A stretch of DNA of 44,576 nucleotides, taken from assembly GCA_039806815.1 (NCBI GenBank), contig JBDHQC010000001.1:1-44576 (forward strand), written 5' to 3'. A program made the translations under genes and the position numbers. The notes under the pieces were generated by a model. It saw only the letters and a program-made list of their open reading frames with translations, ran no database searches and was not told the DNA's origin. The stretch is from Parachlamydiales bacterium (GTDB taxonomy: Bacteria; Chlamydiota; Chlamydiia; Chlamydiales; FEN-1388). Below are positions 9,313-16,537 of this stretch, in pieces. Position 1 is the first letter of the stretch, and every line of letters starts with the position of its first letter.

Positions 9313-11187
9313 TCACGTTAAATCAGTAGTGTCTTTAGAAAAATAGGAAAAGATTTCATCTGCAATATGTAAACTTTCCTTTATGCTTTCTGTCATGACA
9401 GGATTTTGAGTAAATAAAGTACATTCGTTTTCTAGTATTTTTAACATTTCAAATGCCTCTTGGCGAGGATGTGAATCGAGTTCAAGTTCTTCGAGTGTAT
9501 TTAAGAAAATTATTTGTTGATAAATCGTGCAAGTAAGGCCTTGACGAGACAATTTTGAAAGAACTTTTGGTTTGAACTGGAAATGTTCTGAAAGTTGCAT
9601 AAGGTTTATGTTTTTTGCAATTTCGAAAAAGAGGATGCTCAGTATTTTTTCATAGTGTTGTTGAATTCCTTGTTGATCATCATGTTCAAATATTTTATTC
9701 CTTTGCTCTTCAAAAACAAAAGTACAAAATGATAAAGCAAGGTCAGGGTTGTCTTTGGAAAGCTCTGGACTTTTTTGTAAGATCCATTTTTCCTGGATAT
9801 GGTCAAACGGTTTTACAAGAGCAGAATCTATGACTTGCTTGTTACATTTTGCAACAAGATCAAACGTAGTTATCTTATCCCCATAAAACTCATCGACTAT
9901 TGATTTTGCAAGTTCTTTATCCTGAATATCTTCTGATGAATCAATCATATTTCTTATAAGTTCTGAAATCCTTTGAAAAAAGATATTTTTATGCGATTCA
10001 ATGAGTTCTTTTTGTATTTTAAGTAATATTTTTGCCTTGAGATTGAGAGGCTCTCCCAATGTAAGTTTTTGTATAATCTTTTGTCTTCGCAGTAAAATTT
10101 CGTTAAAAGTTGGAACGAGATTGGGGCGAAGTAAAAAGGAAGGGAGTAGTTTTTCGGAAAATGCAAATCCAAAGTGCTGTATAGGGAAAGAAAAACCAGA
10201 ACATAGGGCGTTGGTTGTGCCTTTAAAAGAATGCTTTATGGGAATGCTGATCTGGGGATTTTTGACATCGCGTTGAAAAGAGCCGACAAATTCTGTGTCT
10301 TCTCCCGGAAAGCATGAAAAGGTTTGCCGGAGTGTAATTATAGGTTCTTTGATGTTATGAGGGGCTTCCAGTGTCGAAATAGCTTCGATTTTTGTCACTT
10401 GAACAAGAGATATAAGTTCTCTTAAGGAAAGATGGCAAAAGCCGATGTGGCGTTGTAAAAACAAAAGGGCTTTCATTTTCAGCGCGTCGATTTCACATTG
10501 TCTTGGTACTGATGGATCGAAGTCTTTTGCAAAGGGGAGCGATTTGAGTAAGAATGATATTTTCTTGGAAAGATCTTGCTGAATATCACCAGTTGTTTTG
10601 TGAGAGACTGCGTGATCAAAATCCGTAAATCCTGTCTCGATTTTGCAATAACAAGATCGCGGCATGTGAATCTCATGAAGTTGAGTATCAGTAACGATTT
10701 CCCATCCGGCAATATTTAAAAAGAATTTTTTTGCTTTTGCAACGATTGAGAATTGATTTTCTTTTACTTTTGAAACGATGGAATTGTATTCGGATGCGCA
10801 TCGTTCTAGTCTCGAAGCAAGTTGTCTTTCTTCTCGGGAACCTTTTCTCATTTTATCGATTGCAGCTGAATAGATTTTGAGAAGGTCGAGGGATTGTAAA
10901 AGGGCCCCCTTGATTGCTTTTTGATGTGCAATTCTTTCGTTTCCCTTTTTTTCAGAGAAAAGTCTGAAAAGACAATCTTTTGCAAAGAGAATGGTTTTTC
11001 CCAAAGTAGTTAATTTTTGATTTTTCAACCTTCCATTTTCAATGCAGAGATTGCATAATAAAGGAATTTGCAGCGATTTACTGGGCTTTGCAAATTGTTC
11101 AATATTGGTAATTGCCCCTTCGAGATCTGTGCAGGAATGTTCATTTTCATCGAATGAAGATGTTTCCATATCAAGTAAGTGTTCCAA
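9313..11187 (-). CDS. Hypothetical large helical protein with no recognisable domain
   Basis: 624-codon ORF immediately downstream of rluB. An alternative ATG at 11169 (METSSF...) would remove the 17-nt overlap. Confidence 0.6.
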   Translation of the reverse strand: MEHLLDMETSSFDENEHSCTDLEGAITNIEQFAKPSKSLQIPLLCNLCIENGRLKNQKLTTLGKTILFAKDCLFRLFSEKKGNERIAHQKAIKGALLQSLDLLKIYSAAIDKMRKGSREERQLASRLERCASEYNSIVSKVKENQFSIVAKAKKFFLNIAGWEIVTDTQLHEIHMPRSCYCKIETGFTDFDHAVSHKTTGDIQQDLSKKISFLLKSLPFAKDFDPSVPRQCEIDALKMKALLFLQRHIGFCHLSLRELISLVQVTKIEAISTLEAPHNIKEPIITLRQTFSCFPGEDTEFVGSFQRDVKNPQISIPIKHSFKGTTNALCSGFSFPIQHFGFAFSEKLLPSFLLRPNLVPTFNEILLRRQKIIQKLTLGEPLNLKAKILLKIQKELIESHKNIFFQRISELIRNMIDSSEDIQDKELAKSIVDEFYGDKITTFDLVAKCNKQVIDSALVKPFDHIQEKWILQKSPELSKDNPDLALSFCTFVFEEQRNKIFEHDDQQGIQQHYEKILSILFFEIAKNINLMQLSEHFQFKPKVLSKLSRQGLTCTIYQQIIFLNTLEELELDSHPRQEAFEMLKILENECTLFTQNPVMTESIKESLHIADEIFSYFSKDTTDLT

Positions 11188-11860
11188 GATCAGATATTTG
11201 TAACGATTTTCGAGCGCCTTCCGGCAGTTTCCCTAAAAATAGGTCTCCAATTCGAATTCGCTTCAAGGAAATCACTTCAAATCCAGCTTCCTTCATAAGA
11301 TGTCGTACTTCTCTTTTCCTTCCTTCGACAATTGTGATTTTAAGAGTTCCCTTTCTTACTTTATGAACAGATTTTGGCCTGACAAATACATGTTCGATAA
11401 ATGCACCACAAGAAAGCCTTACAAGATCATCGTGAGTGATTTCTTTATTAACTTTGACGAGATATTCTTTTTCTACTTCAAAAGAAGGGTGTGCAACACG
11501 ATGTGCAAAATGACCATCATTTGTCACAATCATAAGACCGGATGTATCTTTATCGAGTCTTCCTATACTGAAAAGGCGGGTTTTAATGTCTTGAAAAAAG
11601 GTATAAATGGATTTCCTTCTCAGATCGTGTGTGCATTCAAAGCCTATTGGTTTATTGAAGGCAAAGTAGATCTTTGATATCTCTTTTTTAATTTGAATTT
11701 TGTCACAAAAGATTTCATCCTCATCGAGATCGACCAGAGTCTGAGGTATGAGCACTTTCTTCCCATTGACTTTGACATGACCTTCGATAATGAGCTCTTC
11801 GCATTTTCTTCGAGAGGCAACACCTGCCCATGCCAATACTTTACTTAACCTTTGTTTCAC
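11171..11860 (-). CDS. rluB: Pseudouridine synthase, RsuA/RluB family, with N-terminal S4 domain
   Basis: S4 domain RLSKVLAWAGVASRRKCEELIIEGHVKVNGK. Catalytic motif GRLDKDTSGLMIVTNDG. Confidence 0.85.
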   Translation of the reverse strand: MKQRLSKVLAWAGVASRRKCEELIIEGHVKVNGKKVLIPQTLVDLDEDEIFCDKIQIKKEISKIYFAFNKPIGFECTHDLRRKSIYTFFQDIKTRLFSIGRLDKDTSGLMIVTNDGHFAHRVAHPSFEVEKEYLVKVNKEITHDDLVRLSCGAFIEHVFVRPKSVHKVRKGTLKITIVEGRKREVRHLMKEAGFEVISLKRIRIGDLFLGKLPEGARKSLQISDLGTLT

Positions 11861-11989
11861 TACAAGAACCTCATAATTTTAATTGAATAAAGTATACTCG
11901 AATTCAAAAAACAAGGGAAGACGGAAAAACTTTCACCCAAATTGGGATTTTTTTGTTATACTTGATGAAAGAGATAATTTTGAGGTTAT

Positions 11990-12262
11990 ATGACTAAAGT
12001 ACAAGCAAAATTACAATACGGGGGCTCTTTATTTTGGTTAATATTTTGGGCAATTGTATTTTTTCCAATCGCGTTAATTCTTTTATTTACAAGTGTTGGA
12101 TGTAAGATGGGTGGAACATCGTATCAGTTTCAATACGATGGGTCGCGATTTTGGCTCTGCTTTTGGATATTGGCCTTTTTCCCGATTGCCTTCTTGCTAG
12201 CCTTCTTAAACGGATTTTCTGTCACTATCGACAAAGAAGACAACACGACCATAGTAGTTTAA
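11990..12262 (+). CDS. Small membrane protein built from two tandem homologous TM half-units
   Basis: Halves LQYGGSLFWLIFWAIVFFPIALILLF and FQYDGSRFWLCFWILAFFPIAFLLAF. RBS-like GAGG lies upstream. Confidence 0.5.
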   Translation: MTKVQAKLQYGGSLFWLIFWAIVFFPIALILLFTSVGCKMGGTSYQFQYDGSRFWLCFWILAFFPIAFLLAFLNGFSVTIDKEDNTTIVV

Positions 12263-12930
12263 ATCTTGTTAAACGTGCCATTTGAATATTCATAGCGCAT
12301 TAAAACGCCGGTTGGGATTTCAAAGTGCAAGATTTCCTCATCTGAAAGATTGTCGAGGTACTTTGTAATTGCTCGAAGGGAATTTCCATGAGCTGCTATA
12401 AAGACATTTTTTCCGCGAGCAAGCTCCGGTATAATTGTATTTTTAAAATAGGGTAAAGCTCTATTTAAAGTCATTTCAAGGCTTTCTCCATTCGGAGGAG
12501 AGGTTCGATAGCTTCTTCTCCAAATTTGGACCTGTTCTTTTCCGAATTTGTCCATCGTCTTTTGTTTATTTAATCCTTGGAGTTCACCATACATGCGCTC
12601 ATTGAGGGCGTCAGAGCAGTGAACGGGTATAATTTCTTTTTTTTCTTCTTCTGAATAGATCGTACCCCATTTGTTGAGCAACCCCTCAGTGTGCATAATG
12701 ACAGGGGTTTTTTGGTTTTTTGAATAGGTTAAAGCAAGTATTCCGGTCATTATGCCGCGTATGAGCGTAGAACAGTAAAGAACATCTATAGGAGTATTTC
12801 CAATTTCTTTTCCTGCTTCAATTGATTCTGTTACCCCTTTTTCAGAAAGAGGAACATCAACCCAGCCTGTGAAAATATTTTTTTTGTTCCAGACTGATTC
12901 TCCATGCCTAAGCATAAGTAAAAGGCTCAT
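12259..12930 (-). CDS. gpmA: 2,3-bisphosphoglycerate-dependent phosphoglycerate mutase
   Basis: LLMLRHGESVWNKKNIFTGWVDVPLSEKG, ...AAHGNSLRA. ATG at 12930 is preceded by AGGAG and is preferred over the listed 12966 start. Confidence 0.9.
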   Translation of the reverse strand: MSLLLMLRHGESVWNKKNIFTGWVDVPLSEKGVTESIEAGKEIGNTPIDVLYCSTLIRGIMTGILALTYSKNQKTPVIMHTEGLLNKWGTIYSEEEKKEIIPVHCSDALNERMYGELQGLNKQKTMDKFGKEQVQIWRRSYRTSPPNGESLEMTLNRALPYFKNTIIPELARGKNVFIAAHGNSLRAITKYLDNLSDEEILHFEIPTGVLMRYEYSNGTFNKI

Positions 12931-13017
12931 CCTTACTCCTGTTGTACGAAACTCTATTAATAGCAAAAATCTGATTTTTGCTACTATTTTAATAAAATAT
13001 CAGTAAGGGAATTTTAC

Positions 13018-14175
13018 ATGACGCTGAGAGTTTATCTCGATGCTATTTCTGCTGTGAGACCAAGTCAGCAAGCGATTTTGGCAATGATGCCTTTTTATGA
13101 TGCGTTTTGGGCAAATTCTGCATCTCCTCATCTCATGGGACAAGAGCTTTTCTCTGAAATGGAAAAAAGTTATCGTAAAATTTACGATGCTTTTAAGGCA
13201 AAAGATAGCGATGTGTTTGTGTTTACGTCTTCAGGAGCAGAAGCTGTAAGCCAAGTGATCTTTTCTGTTTTTGAAAACATATCGAAAAAAGAGGGAAAAA
13301 ATCACTTTGTGGTATCCTCTTTATCAGAAGCGCCTGCGATCCTTGCACTTTCATCATTAGAAGAAGCGGGGGCTTCTATGAAAATGGCAAAAGTTTCAAA
13401 ACATGGCTTTGTAACTGTTGATGCTGTAATTGAGACCCTTACGCCGAGAACGTGTCTTGTTTCACTTCCAGGAGCATGCGCACAAACTGGCGTACTACAG
13501 CCATGGCTAGACATTGCCAAAGTTTGTAAGGAAAGAGGTATTCTACTTCACGTCGATTATTCTCATACTTTCGGAAAAATTCTTATCGAAAATGATGTAA
13601 GACCTGATTTCATTACCTTTGGGGGAGAGTGTTTTCATGCGCCGCAAGGAACAGGAGGCCTTTTTTGTGGTCTTGAAAATTTCATACGCCCTCTTATTTA
13701 TGGCTCAGATGACCACGTTCGCTTAAGAGGCGGAATTTTGAATGTTCCTTATTTAGTAGCATTAGGAGTTGCATGTGAAGAAGCGGTACATAATCTCGAA
13801 TTTTACGGCACAGAAGTTGCAAGATTGAGAGATGCTTTTGAAAAAAGTATAAAGGAGGCTTATCCTGAAGCAATAGTATTTTTTCAAGACGAAGAACGTC
13901 TTCCGACTACATCTTGCATAGCATTTCCAGGTATTCGCAATGAGGCTCTGTTGTTTTCTTTGAACCAGAAAGGCGTTTTTGCTAATATGGGAGGTGGATC
14001 TTTTCAACAAATAGAGCTGCTTTTGCATGCATGCCAGATTGAATTAGCTCTGGCACAATGTGCTCTTTCATTTAGTTTTTCAAAAGATACCAAAGAACAA
14101 GAAGTGAAAAAAGCAGAAAGTATGATAGTCGAATGTGCAAGAAAATTGCGAAAGCTTTCCCCAGTACCACTTTAA
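13018..14175 (+). CDS. NifS/IscS-like class V aminotransferase-fold protein; key catalytic residues appear substituted
   Basis: Collinear by eye with IscS: VYLDAIS..., FTSSGAEA, LLHVDYSHTFGK, FGGECFHAPQGTGGLF, ...NMGGGSF..., ...LSFSFSKDT. Cys205 sits where the PLP lysine is expected and Ser328 where the catalytic cysteine is expected. Confidence 0.75.
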   Translation: MTLRVYLDAISAVRPSQQAILAMMPFYDAFWANSASPHLMGQELFSEMEKSYRKIYDAFKAKDSDVFVFTSSGAEAVSQVIFSVFENISKKEGKNHFVVSSLSEAPAILALSSLEEAGASMKMAKVSKHGFVTVDAVIETLTPRTCLVSLPGACAQTGVLQPWLDIAKVCKERGILLHVDYSHTFGKILIENDVRPDFITFGGECFHAPQGTGGLFCGLENFIRPLIYGSDDHVRLRGGILNVPYLVALGVACEEAVHNLEFYGTEVARLRDAFEKSIKEAYPEAIVFFQDEERLPTTSCIAFPGIRNEALLFSLNQKGVFANMGGGSFQQIELLLHACQIELALAQCALSFSFSKDTKEQEVKKAESMIVECARKLRKLSPVPL

Positions 14176-14184
14176 AGTATATCC

Positions 14185-14958
14185 ATGAGTTTTAATCTCC
14201 TTGTAAAAACATTTCCTTGGACCCGATATAGCAAAAAGATGCGTCTTCGCATTGATACCCCATATTGCTATGGGTCATTTTCAGAACTTGAGGCATCAGA
14301 TCGCGACTTATTCAGGGCAACATCTGTTATGGGATCACTTACCGATGGCAATGAAATTCGCTTTTATTGGCTCGTCGATAAACAAGATGGGGTTATTATC
14401 GATAGTAAATTCCAATGCTTTGGAAACACTGCCTTGATTTGCGTAGGAGAAATTCTTTGTGAGATTGTGATCGGAAAAAATTACGATCAGGCACGGCGCA
14501 TCAGTGCAGAGCTCATCGATAAGTACGTTCGCGATAAACAAGATATTCCTTCCTTCCCGGAAGAAACATATGGACATATCAACCTTGCACTCGATGCAAT
14601 TGATATGGTAGCAAGTATGTGTACTGAAATCCCTCTGGCAGAAAGCTATGTAGCTCCTCCAATCATGCAACACGAAATTGACATAATAGAAGGGGGAATT
14701 CCCAATTGGAACGAATTGACCCTCAAGCAAAAAATTGCCGTAATCGAAGATGTCGTCGATAAAGAAATACGTCCTTATATCGAACTCGATGCAGGGGGCA
14801 TTGAGGTGATAAATCTTTTAAACGACAAAGAAGTAATTATCTCTTATGAAGGAACGTGCACTACATGTCATTCTGCAACTGGAGCAACGCTTTCGTACAT
14901 TCAACAGGTCTTAAAAGCAAGAGTTCATCCCGATTTAGAAGTTGTTCCAGAATTATAG
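14185..14958 (+). CDS. NifU-like protein: degenerate IscU-like N-domain plus Nfu-type C-domain with CxxC
   Basis: The N-domain aligns by eye to IscU but lacks all three Cys ligands. The C-domain reads IRPYIELDAGGIEVINLL...YEGTCTTCHSATGATLSYIQQVLK. Confidence 0.75.
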   Translation: MSFNLLVKTFPWTRYSKKMRLRIDTPYCYGSFSELEASDRDLFRATSVMGSLTDGNEIRFYWLVDKQDGVIIDSKFQCFGNTALICVGEILCEIVIGKNYDQARRISAELIDKYVRDKQDIPSFPEETYGHINLALDAIDMVASMCTEIPLAESYVAPPIMQHEIDIIEGGIPNWNELTLKQKIAVIEDVVDKEIRPYIELDAGGIEVINLLNDKEVIISYEGTCTTCHSATGATLSYIQQVLKARVHPDLEVVPEL

Positions 14959-14962
14959 AATG

Positions 14963-16525
14963 TCATTTTCCTTTTTCAGTATCGTCTAAGTCATCCTCCA
15001 GTTTTAAACGAAGAATTTGGTCGATGAGATCCTCCCCGGTAGAACCAGAGCTATATTCGAATGAAAGTGTCGAGTCAGTGTATTTTTGAGTAATTGGAGA
15101 CTCTTCATTAGGAATAATAAAAAAGGAAAGTATCGTGTGAAAATTTTTTACGTGTGGAGAGCTATCCTCCTCAAGATCTTCTGCTATAAGTTTTTTCACA
15201 ATGGAAGTTATTCCGATGAGATCTTCGGCAATTGGCATGTATGGCAAGAGTTGTTTTTCGAATATATAACTTACAAGAAGTAGGATTTCGGGAAGTATTA
15301 TGCGAGAAAAAATTGCTTTGAGAAAATAATTTCTATCAGGAACGTTTAACGTTTTGCACAGTTGTTCAATTTTGTGATTGAAATACGATCCTAAGGCTAC
15401 AATGTCTTTTGTTCTCTGCTGAAGTGTGTTTGATAAAAGTTCTGCAAGATTTTCTAAAAATCGATAGGCTAAAAGCTCAAAGCGTTTTTCTTTTTCTTCT
15501 TGAAGATCATAAACAACTATGGCGTTCAATGCGCACATAGTAAATTCACCACGTCTTGAAAATAGTCGTTCAAGATCAGAGTTTATGAATTCATAAAATA
15601 AGGTAAATCCTGGGGGGCATTTTGCTTCGTATATAATTTTTCCCAGAAGCTTTGCTTTTATTTCTGAATTTTCGCACGCTCTATGAGCTGTATCAATCGA
15701 TCGTTTGATCATTCTGCAAATAAAGGGGCTTACTTTTTTTTTGGAAAGGCTTTCAACTATGCTTAAGACTAAAGAATCAGTACAAGGAAGATTTTCAATT
15801 TCATTTTCTAGAAATACATACATGGAATCAAAATCTTTTCGATGACGTATGGATTTGATCCTGGATGACAGCTCTTTTCGCAATGGTGCATTTTCTTCTG
15901 TAAACGGTTTAAACCGATTTGCATATATCGTCTCGTACAATGAATCCAGCTGCCTTGAAAGTAAAACAAAAGCAAGCAGTTCTGAAAAAATTTCTTCTTT
16001 TTGTAGTGGTATTCTTTCTTCTTCAGAAGAAGGAAGCTCTTTTTCTTTCTCATCCATTTGGAGAGAAGACTTTTCTTTTTGCTGAACTCTTGCAGTCATT
16101 CCGGAATCTACTGAAGCCCCTCTTCGTAAAATAGGAAGAGGCAATTCTATCTCCTTTTTATATCTTGGGAAAAAACTTGGAAATGTGAACTTAGGTTTTT
16201 CAGAGGTGGTTCCTGATCCTTTTTCAGTTCCATCTTTTCTTAAAAACATTCGTCCTATGAGTGAGGATGCTCGCTTTTTTCTTCGTGGGGGCTCTGAAAG
16301 GGCATTGTTCCCTGCCCTTTCAGTTTCTTGAGTGACATTGCGAAGAGAAGCTGTTTGAATGGGATGTTTTCGTTTATTTTTTTGTTCGATTAGATATCTC
16401 TCATTCCTCCCACGAGGACTCAGTCCAAAGTTCGAAATAGTATCTTTTTCATCTTCAGAAGAATCCTCGTCAGAGCTTTGAGATGCATTCATATTATCAA
16501 ACGTTATTCTTGGGACTTCATGCAT
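14963..16525 (-). CDS. Hypothetical protein; disordered basic/acidic N-terminus plus C-terminal RasGAP-related-like helical domain (paralog A)
   Basis: Paralogous to the adjacent ORF. Motifs LFSRRGEFTMCALNAI, YFLKAIFSRIILPEILLL and LIGITSIVKKLIAED occur in RasGAP block order. Confidence 0.6.
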   Translation of the reverse strand: MHEVPRITFDNMNASQSSDEDSSEDEKDTISNFGLSPRGRNERYLIEQKNKRKHPIQTASLRNVTQETERAGNNALSEPPRRKKRASSLIGRMFLRKDGTEKGSGTTSEKPKFTFPSFFPRYKKEIELPLPILRRGASVDSGMTARVQQKEKSSLQMDEKEKELPSSEEERIPLQKEEIFSELLAFVLLSRQLDSLYETIYANRFKPFTEENAPLRKELSSRIKSIRHRKDFDSMYVFLENEIENLPCTDSLVLSIVESLSKKKVSPFICRMIKRSIDTAHRACENSEIKAKLLGKIIYEAKCPPGFTLFYEFINSDLERLFSRRGEFTMCALNAIVVYDLQEEKEKRFELLAYRFLENLAELLSNTLQQRTKDIVALGSYFNHKIEQLCKTLNVPDRNYFLKAIFSRIILPEILLLVSYIFEKQLLPYMPIAEDLIGITSIVKKLIAEDLEEDSSPHVKNFHTILSFFIIPNEESPITQKYTDSTLSFEYSSGSTGEDLIDQILRLKLEDDLDDTEKGK

Positions 16526-16537
16526 AATTGTACCTTA

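Noticed and set aside
16100-16114. Reading the SVDSG motif as a bona fide beta-TrCP DSGxxS phosphodegron.
   Set aside because: Neither paralog has the second Ser at the required spacing (DSGMTA, DSGLHH). Only the more general claim of a conserved short linear motif is kept.
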